This document shows positions 11,901 through 22,708 of a stretch of 64,000 nucleotides of DNA, one piece after another (the stretch's first letter is position 1; every line of letters begins with the position of its first letter). The stretch lies in NCBI GenBank assembly GCA_040285825.1, contig JAUPSS010000003.1:1612001-1676000 (forward strand), read 5' to 3'. The position numbers were made by a program, and so were the translations under genes. The notes below the pieces were generated by a model that saw only the letters and a program-made list of their open reading frames with translations, made no database searches and was not told the origin of the DNA. The DNA is from Eukaryota sp. TZLM1-RC. Its lineage: Eukaryota; Protista; Metamonada: BaSk clade.

Positions 11901-13712
11901 AGGAATTCGCACACAATTCCCAATTCGCACACAATTCGACAGGATTTTGAGTCGTTCAGGGTTTAACCTGCGAGGTGGACGATAAACAACAGTGTCTTCA
12001 TCGTAGAAATCGATGTCCATTGGGTTACAGTCGATGCCGTCTTCATGGGGTTTCAACGTGAAAACATCTTTGAACTCTTCAAGAGTTGCGAGGAGCTGTT
12101 GATTTTCTGATTGATTGTTGAGCTTTATTTGACAACCTGACGAGTTGACGTGATCTTTGAATGTTTTTGACACCTTGAGGTCAGATATCTGTGAAATTCT
12201 GTGGTCAAACTCAGATTCAGGTAACATTAGTGTTCTGTGAAGCTCATCGAGATGAATGTATACCCTGTCGTTGTTCATGAGGCCGAGTTCATATAGGATG
12301 TCTATTCCTATAATTAGAATGTTGTTGCCTGGAACGATTGGTAACGATTTGGTAAGATGCACAACTTTGGTAATGCTGCCGACGTTGAAGGATAGGATTC
12401 CTTTGGCATTGCCGTCAGAGTTTGATGGTTCTCCGTTAACACCAATGAATTTGACAGATTCAGTGTAGTGTTCCATCTTGCATTTTGTAGATAGGTCTTT
12501 CGAGATGACGGATATGGATGCTCCGCTATCAATAAGACCAGATACCTCTATGTTATTAATCTGCAACCAGAGTTCAATAAACTTGGGACAATTAATAGAT
12601 TTATTGGCACAAACAGAAGACAAACTAAAAATTCTATTGGTATGCGAAGATTCAGGGTCACATGTGCTCAAAGGATTTAAGAGGCGTATGGAGGGATTTC
12701 GAGTGATTGTAGGGAAACAACGAGAGGGGCTGTCCCTGATTTTGGTGGTGGACTCGGATGTTTTAGGTATGCTAAGAGAGTCGAAATCCACCGCGTTAGA
12801 TGGGAGAAGGATGGGAGGAGAAGTGTCGAGATCCGAAACGGACAAATCTCCAGAGAGGGGTTTGGGGATGGAAGGATCAGGAGAGAGAACTTGACTCCTC
12901 GGTACCCAGAAAACGCATGGGTTACCGTCTTCATCCTCGCCATGAACAGCTACTTTCTCTTGACGAGAAGGTATGGGAGTGGTTTCGGGATTATCTGGGA
13001 GACTTCTGAGAGTAGGAGGGTTTTCCAACGAGTTCCACACTCTCGAGAGCTCCTGACCGTAAGCACTACGAGCGGCGAAAACTTGGCCTGGATTAGGTTC
13101 GACTGCTGATTCTCTATCCAAACGGAATGGATAGAAATCCATGAGACAATCCGGATCTGGATGGGTCAATGGATCATAGGGTTGGGGTAGCAGCAAGAAC
13201 CTGAAGTGGTCTCCATCTTCTTCAACTGAAGGAATCCGAGGAGGAGACTCGTTTAGGAACATCTGAATCATGAACTGCTCGAAGTGGTCCTTGGGAGCAC
13301 GAGTAGCAAGTTCTGCCTTTAAGGCGACCAGATCCAGGAAGTCCCATAGTTCTAAATCTCTACGGAATTTCTCCAAGGTATACTGCCACTTAGATTTAGT
13401 GGGAGTAGATACCTTGGGAGAAGGAGAGGAGGGACGAACCTGACCAGTAGAATCTTTTGACTCCTTGGAAGCCGTAGAGATAGACTCCTCTTTCGAGGTG
13501 TCTGCGTTGGCTTCTTCGGGAGAAGAAGAATCCTTGGCAGGAGTAGGAGGGTCCCCCTCTGAATCCTGAGGATTGTTGGCGAGATGGGAGTCGGAATCCC
13601 TACGGCCGAGATTGGTTCCACCCGGAGGTGAGGCTGCATCCAGAGGAGCCTGTTGTTCGTTAGCCGAAGAACGGTCAATAATTATTGTTGCCTGTGGGCT
13701 AGAGTCAGACAT
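11844..13712 (-). CDS. LTR-element ORF: N-terminal/gag-like region, aspartic protease and the first residues of RT, truncated at the deletion junction
   Basis: GLIDSGASIS protease motif, ILIIGIDIL, and pre-RT LEEFKDVF...YRPPRRLNP. The frame then reads through filler (SNCVRIGNCVRI). Confidence 0.85.
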   Translation of the reverse strand: MSDSSPQATIIIDRSSANEQQAPLDAASPPGGTNLGRRDSDSHLANNPQDSEGDPPTPAKDSSSPEEANADTSKEESISTASKESKDSTGQVRPSSPSPKVSTPTKSKWQYTLEKFRRDLELWDFLDLVALKAELATRAPKDHFEQFMIQMFLNESPPRIPSVEEDGDHFRFLLLPQPYDPLTHPDPDCLMDFYPFRLDRESAVEPNPGQVFAARSAYGQELSRVWNSLENPPTLRSLPDNPETTPIPSRQEKVAVHGEDEDGNPCVFWVPRSQVLSPDPSIPKPLSGDLSVSDLDTSPPILLPSNAVDFDSLSIPKTSESTTKIRDSPSRCFPTITRNPSIRLLNPLSTCDPESSHTNRIFSLSSVCANKSINCPKFIELWLQINNIEVSGLIDSGASISVISKDLSTKCKMEHYTESVKFIGVNGEPSNSDGNAKGILSFNVGSITKVVHLTKSLPIVPGNNILIIGIDILYELGLMNNDRVYIHLDELHRTLMLPESEFDHRISQISDLKVSKTFKDHVNSSGCQIKLNNQSENQQLLATLEEFKDVFTLKPHEDGIDCNPMDIDFYDEDTVVYRPPRRLNPERLKILSNCVRIGNCVRIPVYRHDEQYSKFQSIKWPS

Positions 13713-14099
13713 ATATGTGAACAGATAGTAATTTTATTACGACGAGAAATGAGCTATAGTGAACTTCAATACCATCACTAGTGAGGTCTCCATGAATAAA
13801 CAATGAACATTAAGCTAATAAACAAGAACAAATAGATAAGTCTATCTACACTCTAGAATAGTGTAAAGACTAACATAAATCCATTATTACGTACTTATCC
13901 ATTTTTATTTTTTGTTATAATATTCTTCAAGTCAATGGGGAGAGCAAGCTAAACTTGAGTGACACTTGAAATTTGTTTTTTAATGCAGGTTTACTTGAGC
14001 TCTTTTGAGTCATCAAGAACTCTTGCTGGTCAACAAATATTCAAATCTATGCTAAATCATTGGTTTCAACAAAGTAGTTTATTCACATCTGACACCTGA

Positions 14100-15595
14100 C
14101 TAATTTGTGTTGTTCTTGTTATTGTTCTCGTTACCATTCGTTTCTACGCATCTCCTAGCATGACCGGGTAACAAGAATCCACACTTTGGTTCAACAGCAA
14201 TTGTGTGACATGGACATCTTCGGAGATAAAATGAATATCGAAGTTCATCATTCTGGTCGTTATTGTTGTTATTGTTGTTGTTATTGTTGTTGTTTCCATT
14301 GTTATTTGCATTGTTGTTCTGATCTTCGCGACGGACTGTCACAACAACATCAAACACATCTAGTTCTCTTTCAAACGATTCTCTAAGGGTTTCACATTCC
14401 TCTGTGTAGCCTCTAAGGAAGACAGGAACAGTGTCAGCGGTTTCATTTTCTGGGACAACAACTCGAATTTCATCACGCACAGGCTCGAGTTTGATGGCTT
14501 CTGTTTCATTGTTGTTGTTATTATTGTTATTATTATTGTTATTGTTTTCTTCTTGACGGCGTTCAACATCAACAGAGATCAAGTAGACCCTCTCTTCAGT
14601 AGGTTCAGTAGGTTCTGGTTCAATTTCTTCAGCAGGCACTTCTTCAACAATATCCTCGACTGGTAAGTTTTCCAATTCAGGGAAAGTTATGACACGGACA
14701 ACTCTTTGGCGTTCCTCGTTGTCATTGTTTCTGTTGTTGTTGTTGTTTCTGTTGTTGTTTCCGTCGGCTCTTAAATCTTCAGCAAGTTGCTCATATTCTT
14801 CTCTACGGAATTCAGGGACAACAAGGATAAGAGAGACATTATTTTCTTCCAAAGTTTGGCGCATCCTGGTTCTTTCGTTGTTGTTTCGTCTCAATGGTGC
14901 CATTGTGTAAACAACGATTACGTTTTGGGTTTCATTTCTCCATTCAGCGTTGTTGATTGTGAATCTGATGCTTTCAAAGAGCATTTGTTGATCAGCAAAT
15001 ACACCGTTATCGGGGAGGTTTTCAATTTGTTCTTTAACGCATTTGGGATGTTGAGTGAGTCGTTGGCGAATCTGGGGTTCATCTTGGATCAGAGTGACAC
15101 CTTGGCGTGCATCATATTCTTCATCAACATCATCCACGACCTGTTTCAATTGATCGCGGTTTTCTCCAATTTCAATGACTCTCAGCTCAATCAAGTGAAA
15201 CACATCAGGGCCTTCAGCTTCTTCTTCTTCATTGTTGTTTTGCTGGAAAACATTCATGTTGTTGTTCTGATTGTTGTTATTCTCAATCTGTTCAAGGTCA
15301 ACAAGTACATGAGTTCGAAGAGGGAATAACTCAGATCCAGCGATGGCATATACACGTTCCTCAACTTGATCAGCAGCACCATTGTTTTGGTTGTTTTCGG
15401 GAGTTTCTGGAATAAGTGCAATGAATGTCACAAACCTCTTTCAACAACAAAGCCAACGCAGTTAGGGTCAACAAGATCTTGTTCTACAAGGCCTTTCTCA
15501 CAAAGAGAACCGAAGCGGTTATTGTTGTTATTGTTGTTATTGTGCTGGGCTGCAAGGACTAGGGCACAAAGCAGAACAAACGGAAGGAGCCTCAT
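14100..15595 (-). CDS. Secreted Asn-rich protein with an integrin-beta-like vWA (betaI) domain; exons 15595-15436 and 15406-14100
   Basis: ATG at 15595 opens a signal peptide (MRLLPFVLLCALVLAA). A 29-nt GTTTGT...ATTCCAG intron (15407-15435) joins it in frame to the 443-aa ORF. Segments PLRTHVLVDL, EWRNETQNVIVVYT and LEENNVSLILVV...YEQL resemble integrin-beta betaI motifs. Several poly-N tracts. Confidence 0.7.
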
Positions 15596-16029
15596 CAAAG
15601 ATTCAACGCAAGATAAGATATAGTTTTTAGTTATTTACTGATAAACCGTACTGTAGACATGTCAACAGTAACTGTAAGCTTAATCAATCAAATGTTCATC
15701 TTTCGTTCACCCACCAAATGTATTTGCAACTGGAAGTCTTGAGAAGTCTTGTTTTTACATTTCCTTTATGATTCTTTTATTCCAACCAGAAGCCTCCCTT
15801 TTGAATGACTCTTCTACACATCAACTGTAACAAAAATATAAATATAAATATAAATATTGGGTTTATACTAATTTATATATAAATATAAATATTGGGTTTC
15901 TACTAATTTTTTCTGGATTTTACTGATATCGATATTATAAAGACAAGTTAAATTCAAGATTTTTTCATTTGATAATTCATTATAGTTTTTAAGATTTTTT
16001 TCAACTTAAACACTTGTCAAGGTAACCTG

Positions 16030-16115
16030 ATAACTGACGTGACTAAAATCAATGAACCAAGTTTTCCTCTACAAAATTATGATCCGCTTGTTCTCGCACC
16101 ATTGCTTAGGCTTTA
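16030..16115 (-). mobile_element. Short 3' tail relic of RLE family A
   Basis: AATGAACCAAGTTTTCCTCTACAAAAT...GATCCGCTTG matches the family A tail at 53761-53810. Confidence 0.6.
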
Positions 16116-17219
16116 TTGAATTTTTGTTTGTCAGTTGCAAAACATTAATTGTTTCAGATAATCCTTTGTAAATAAGAGAGTAAGCGATACAGCGAAGCTA
16201 TTTCAGATTGTTTATATCAAAATCAAAACAAAAATAGCTGAACTTATTTCTATTCACTTGATGTAGGTATAATTTTCACCACCAGTTCTCACAGTATTCA
16301 ATGGCAATTCTTCTTTCAGTCAGGGCTTATTGTACTCAAAAATTCTTGTTCTTGTTATTGAGAAATTTATATCTCAAACTATAACTTGAAGGGAAGGCCG
16401 AAAAGTGATGTATGGGAGCTATTAAGGGAATGTCTTAAAATTAGTTCAGTGAAAATACCGCAGACTCAGTTGTTTAATAAGTATTTGATCACTTGTTTAA
16501 ATCGAACACCTGACTTGCAGGGTTAGAAACTTATGTATCTGTATTTGGGAGAACTTTTTTGCACTGCTTTAGTGTGTTTAATCAGTTGATGAAATTCTCT
16601 AGTGTGGCTCTGTTTTTGGTTGGTTTGTGGATGTTCAATACAAACTATGAAAATATCAAGCGAGTTTGTTTGGATGCTTGAAGCAATCTCGACTCTATTA
16701 CATCAATTTTGGTATTATCAGCTTTTTCAATCTGTTGCATAACTGAATTCCAGTTGCTAAATTGGTGGTTATGAGTTGTTTCCCCTTCAGAGCAAGTTCA
16801 CCTTTGTTATAGGGTTCCGATTGGACTGAGGCTTTCGTTTTTTTGTCACCAAGTGTATTGCTAGAAAATCGCTAAATTAGAATTGATCAAATTGATTGCA
16901 AACTAGTTTCAGATATAGACATCATGTTCGTTGACATCAAGGTCAACTATGTGTCATCTCCACTAGTCGCTCGGCTAAGAGTTCTCTGATAATAATGTTG
17001 ATGGAGCAGTATTGAACTATTATTTATATATTGTCCACGAATTTCAGAAACAACATTGATTGCCAATTCACACCATCTCTTTTATTCATTTTTTTTCTTT
17101 TATTACCATCTCTGTTATGAGTTTTCTTTGCATTTAGGAATAATGTCTAAAATTCAATAAATATTTTCAAAATCAATTGTAAAAAGACACGGAAAAGAAA
17201 CAAAAAAGACAATATATTC

Positions 17220-19260
17220 CTGGAACAGACACATTTTAAAATTCAACCAAAAACCTTAATTAATGTTTTTGCCTACTCAAACCCCATCAATTGAATGACG
17301 GGAGATTTTCGCTATTCACTGGCATAGCAACTCGCTTGTTATAAAACTAAAACCGTAATGTTATTGGCAATTGCTTAATGAAACGAGTAAGGGCTTTCAA
17401 TAGCGAAAATGCAACTTTGTTCTTCCAAATCAGAAAATCGAATATAATTTCATTGAGAAGTGTTCCTAAATCATCTAAAAAATTGCGACCTTCAGTTTCA
17501 AATGTACCAAAAAAAATGAAATAGCAATTGGGACAAATTTGATTTTTGTGCCTCTTGCTTATTAGATAATATATTGAAAATGAAATAATCTTAGTAAAAT
17601 AGATTATATATTATATTAGATATTAGTAATATATATAATATTATATAATATTAAAATATTTTGAAACGTTGCAGAAGGGCATCGTATTTTGATTTCTTGG
17701 AAAGCTCTGCAACTTTGAGTAAATGTTGAATATCAGAATTGGATCTTCTTTTCACAGAGATACTTTAGTACAATCGAGAATAGTTTAGTTCTATCATGCT
17801 ATGTACATTGAATATCAATTCGTTTTTGGGTCAAACTGAAATTTTTTTCATCAAACAGAGGTTTAAAAGGAACTGGATGATGAGCACATTTTAACAGATC
17901 ATAACTACAATCACCAACTGCATTGTGGATAATTGATTTTTTTTGAGTGAATTTACAGCAGGAAATAAGGTGATCAAAAGAAGCATAAGCACCACATTTA
18001 CTTTTCATATTTGAAAGCATTCAGGAGGAGATACATTAAGTCCAACTCGCATGACTGTCAAAAATTGAATAGCTGAAAGCAATAGTCCAAAACGGCGAAG
18101 AACTTGTGTTATCAAACAAAATGAACTATTTAGAAAAGAATTTAAACTGTACAAAAAAGAAAAAAATAATTTCAAAGAAAAATCACCGGGGTTGTTAGCC
18201 ATGCTGATTTCGTTGTTCAATGATTCTGTTTCTAGATAATCAATAACCTTCTTTTGTAGTTTAGGAACAGTGCTTAAAAAGTTTGGTAAATCTTGAGTTT
18301 CAATCGAGGTAAAGTCAACTTTTGAAGAAAATAATGATTTCCAGAATTCATTGAAACAATTTTCAAAAACGGTACATAAAATTTTTATTGCAACTAAAGT
18401 AGATTTATACGCTAAAAAGATCCATTGATGAGGAAACCTTAAAGCAAGTTCATACAGGAAGTTCTTGATTCCACTTAAAACGCAGCTAAAAATAGATAAA
18501 CGTGTTAGCCACCACCACCACGCTTCTGCGATCTGAATGCATGAAGGTGAATAACATTAATATATTTAATGTTCAGTACTGAATCCTACAATTGAGTTTT
18601 TTTAGTCAAATATTGTTTGACATAGTGATTGCTCAAATTTGGAGGAATGGAACGAATTAAGTGGTTATTTATTGAACCAAAACATACTAAAAAAGGACGA
18701 AATTGACTGATGAATTTATCAAAGGTAAATTTGGAATTTGTTTGAGTTCAGCGGAAGCTTTTCAACTTTTTGTTTCAGAGACGGAGCAATACAATCCGCA
18801 TCACCTATCAATGGTCCCAACAATTCAATACAATCATCGTCATGATTCACAAATGGCAATTCGATTCCCTCAAAAGAGATAAAATCATAATGTCTATCAT
18901 GAACTTGGCATTTTGATGGATTAAGTTCAAGACCAATACGAGATGCTAAAATTCCAAACAAAACTGTTGTTTCTTGAACTATAGGGGTAGGACCTATTAA
19001 GGATACATCATGCATATAAGCCACAATTTCCAGTTCTGGTTATTGTGACTTGAGGTGAACAAAAATTGGATAAAGAGAAAGACAAAAAATGAAGGGGGCC
19101 ATTTGATCACTTTGTTTTACACCTGAACAAGACTATATAGTATCAGTTTTCATAACTAAATGTGAGTGAGCAGAATAAAAAAATTCCAACATAGGAGCGA
19201 CTTCTGCAAACACAGGGGAATGTTGAAGTGCTTCAACAATAGCACCACGTTTCACTGAAA
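17220..19260 (-). mobile_element. Decayed RLE non-LTR retrotransposon, family E (RT and RLE relics)
   Basis: AYMHDVSLIG and GLELNPSKC RT relics (18719-19024), GVKQSDQ-like segment near 19100, KCGAY...HLISC knuckle. Tail homologous to 40395-41090. Confidence 0.8.
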
Positions 19261-19634
19261 TAAAGGCATTAAACACAAAAGTGACATTGCAAGGAAATAT
19301 CTGTAATCATTATACAACACTATATTTCCACAACTAATCACGGTACACTCTCTTCTCACCTCTATTCCAAACAATAGAAAACACTGAGCACAGAAATGGT
19401 TCAAAGTGACAATAATTTTCGAGAATCTATTTGGAGATAGGACAATTTGGCTCAAAAAACTTAGCAATATGGGTCAGAAAAAGAGGTTTTAAAAAGCAAA
19501 ACGGCTTGGTTTTGGTTTTATCCTCTTCTTATTGGTTTGGTTTGGCTTTACAGCACTAGATTTCTCCCACTGTTCAACAATTATTTGCTTTATCACCAAC
19601 AAGATACGAGTACAAGAATTTACATCTTAATTTA

Positions 19635-20549
19635 TTAACAACAATTTAAATTACACAAAAAATGATTAATAACCGTGTTTTTAAATTCTTCATCAACTGC
19701 AAATTTGACATGAAGTACGTTTAAAAACACTGAAATGGGCATCTCAGTACACTTCTTCTTCTTTCTCAGCCTGACCTTGAAGTTACTGAGATGTAGGCAG
19801 TAAGAACAAATAGTGATGTGGATCAACACTGCTCGCAGAATGTCCCTACTCCAACAAGGAACGATTATGTCAATGATTCGGTCACTTGGAATTACTTTTG
19901 ATAGCATACTACAGCATTGCACACTGAGACTGGGATTCTTGACCATTTTGCGGGAAAGTGTTGAGAGAAACTGATTCAGTAAAGGAATGGAAACATCAAC
20001 GAGATCCTCAATCAGTCGAATGCAGCATTGTGCACCAAAACGTTGTACAAGGCTTTTAAAACCAGCTATCCACAAGGGTTCCGTCAATTTGTGACGCAAT
20101 CTGCGCCACATGAACATGTGCTTGAATGTATCTACTTGTAACTGATGCTTAGGATCAAGTAGCACGTTGTAGAGCATCCCGTATGAGAGGTAATCATCAG
20201 GGATGACAAGCACATCACCGACCACAAAGCGAGTCTGCTTGAAGTAATCAGCAATGGCAGCAGTGTCTTTTATGACCTGTTTGTTCGTCTCCCAGACATG
20301 GCAGTGTTGTAAAGATGTCAGGATAGCTTGTAACTGATTGAGGTACGCCGTTTCTCCATGGAACGCAACACCAGAAAACTTGACCAAATCACTGAGCATC
20401 GACGGACTAGAACCTCTTTCGCACAGAATTCCTACACACTCAAGACTCTTTGTCATGAGGGAACGGCGACTTGCTTCAAATGTGTAAAAGCTTGAAATTG
20501 CTATCCAATCTTCTATTTGGAGGGAGTTTCGTCTTCGGTGACCAACCAT
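19635..20549 (-). CDS. Hypothetical protein (helical, no recognised family)
   Basis: Intact 304-aa ORF with GC content above the flanks; AATAAA overlaps the stop on the minus strand. Confidence 0.65.
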   Translation of the reverse strand: MVGHRRRNSLQIEDWIAISSFYTFEASRRSLMTKSLECVGILCERGSSPSMLSDLVKFSGVAFHGETAYLNQLQAILTSLQHCHVWETNKQVIKDTAAIADYFKQTRFVVGDVLVIPDDYLSYGMLYNVLLDPKHQLQVDTFKHMFMWRRLRHKLTEPLWIAGFKSLVQRFGAQCCIRLIEDLVDVSIPLLNQFLSTLSRKMVKNPSLSVQCCSMLSKVIPSDRIIDIIVPCWSRDILRAVLIHITICSYCLHLSNFKVRLRKKKKCTEMPISVFLNVLHVKFAVDEEFKNTVINHFLCNLNCC

Positions 20550-22189
20550 AAGGATTTGGGATCAAGTTAGGGATGTAGCTGATCCACTAGCTCAGCTCAG
20601 TCTTGGACAAGTTGGATTAGAGGCGGAATTTTTCGAAGTTTTTAACCAATCACTCAGAATTTTGGTCTGAACTTTGTGAATGATATGGGTTCGAGTCTGA
20701 GCGATCCAGATTTTGGTTAGTACTCACAAATTTGATTTCACAACACCTATCGCCTAAGCAAAATGCTATCGTAGTAAAAACATCTCTAGTCATACTAGGT
20801 TTGTCATTGAGAGTGCAAGACAAATGAGGTCAATGTTAATTGAAACGCATTTTTTTTCTTCGGTCAGTGTTCAGTTTTTTTTTGTTTTTTTTAGCTTGGT
20901 TTTCAGACAATGGTTGACAAGTAGGACCTAACTCAAACAAGGACATCTCATCATTTCTCTGTTATGAATGTCATTTCAATTAATGATACAAATTTTTCTT
21001 ATGTGAATCAATTTAAGGCTATTTCTGGTTATTCAAAATGACAACAAATTAGCAGAACACAAAAGCAATTAAATTTTTTTATTAAATTCAAAATTTGGGC
21101 AGAGAATGGGTTATTCATAGCGTATGAAATAGGAGCACAGGAAAACAAGGTATCCCCAAAAAAACAGTTCTGCAATAGAAAGATATCGACCAATTATTTC
21201 GACTGACATAATTTTTTAACTTCAAAATTATAAACAAATTTCACAAAGAAATACCCACTTTCATCAAAAGCTTGAGCTGAATCAATGACTGATTTTTGCT
21301 ATTTATGTGTCATAATGGGTTCCTTTGTGGATGAAGTTGTGTTTGGAATTGTTGAAATTGGTCATGAATAGTCCACTTTTCTACAGTTCGGACCTTGGCT
21401 ATTTTTCACACTATTTTTTTTATAATCATTTGACGTAATTTAATTGTAGATACGCACTGAATGTGTGTAATGAGAGAGGTTGAAGTGCATGCAAAAGCGC
21501 GTATTCTTGAATCATTATACTGGTTGACTTTGTTTGACCGAACCATTGTTTATTTGATCTAGTAGCCCCTGTTTACTAGAAATCTACCTCAACATCATTC
21601 AATGACTTGAAATTTGGACAGAAATCACTGCAAAAAAAGTTGATATCCATTACCGACACAAAAACATAATTCATCTAAAAGAAGACTACGTCGGGGTGGT
21701 ATAATATCGTTTTTAGATTCACGTCCATCACTTGTTGGTTTTATTTAACACAGTTCAGTCACATTATGTAAAGTGGACTATAAGTACAAAGAACATCATA
21801 AAATTCTATCTTAATATGGAGGTGAATTTATACAAATAACAAAATTTAATTTATTGTCCAAAAAGTTCGAGTAATCGGACATCCGTTTTATGCAACCGAA
21901 CGATTATTTAGATTGATCGACGAAGATCTGACCTATTTGTTTTCAAATTTCATTTGTTCTATTAATATTCGATATTAGAAAAATACAAACTACTCACCAT
22001 CCGCAAATAAATGTTGTTTGTTCTTGATTCATTGCCATCTTCAGAAAAATCTCTGCAATGATTCCAAATCCACAATTGTGAGAAACCATTGTAAACGTAA
22101 GTAATAATCAAGAGATAATACATTACCATTTTTGATTGAAATTATTTTTTGAATGGAAAAGATAACTGCAGAATTTCAACTACAGTTTT

Positions 22190-22396
22190 GCTATGAAAAG
22201 ATTTGATATATTTGTATGGCGCTCTCGAATTCATTGGCCATTATTAATAGATCACCTCGGTTTTTCAATCGAATTAGAGAAGTTTTAGCTAGACAGCAAG
22301 CAGATCAAGATTTTGTAGAAAAAATCTTGGTTCAATGAATTTCGTCCCATTAGTTCTGAGTTTATTTTGTTAAGTGTGTAAGTTTAATAAATATAA
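22190..22396 (+). mobile_element. 3' tail fragment of RLE family A
   Basis: Near-identical to 5013-5210 (MKRFDIFVWRSRI...QQADQDFVEKILVQ*, then the 3' UTR). Confidence 0.85.
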
Positions 22397-22708
22397 AGTT
22401 TTGCAAATTTTGCCCGACCGAAAGTAACAAATGAAATCAATTACCTTTTCAATGCATCATGATTATAAAACAATGAAAGTAAGATTAAGTATTTGTGTAG
22501 GAATAGGTTTCTATAAATGTATTGCTTCCCGACAATGAACATCGTATCATATGTATCGACTTAAGTTCACCAACTTTCAACAAGTCCTAGTGACAAAGAC
22601 TTATTCTAATGCTATTTCGTTCATTGTTTATGGAAAAAGCAATACAATAAATAATTTAATAAATAACAAAACCAATTTTTATTGTAATAGTCAATCCAAT
22701 TCAATGTT

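Larger units (their letters stand above)
10861..13875 (-). mobile_element. Ty3/Gypsy (chromovirus-like) LTR retrotransposon, internally deleted, with identical 190-bp LTRs
   Basis: LTRs 10861-11050 and 13686-13875 are identical by eye with TG...CA ends. TSD TAAA at 10857-10860 and 13876-13879. PPT (minus strand GAAAGGAGGGGAAGAAGTAG) abuts the 3' LTR. Confidence 0.95.
9940..14050 (-). mobile_element. Old decayed RLE non-LTR remnant related to family A, split by the LTR element at 10861-13875
   Basis: The reverse complement of 10790-10856 resembles family A at 4230-4290. KENRKC/DFYNN-like RLE relics at 10216-10400 and a WRSRIQLAII-like tail near 10030-10060. Outer boundaries are approximate. 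Confidence 0.6.

Noticed and set aside
14186-15623. Plus-strand ORFs overlapping the Asn-rich gene
   Set aside because: They are antisense shadows of AAC/AAT repeats with no independent coding signal.
16380-16900. Possible hAT-like transposase relics here and at about 21300-21750 and 36720-37700
   Set aside because: Only faint hints (WNSVM-like, BED-like fragments) with no TIRs or TSDs; not supportable without a profile search.
20560-20725. Possible structured ncRNA upstream of the 19635-20549 gene
   Set aside because: An imperfect inverted repeat is present, but there are no tRNA, snRNA or snoRNA boxes; it could be promoter sequence.
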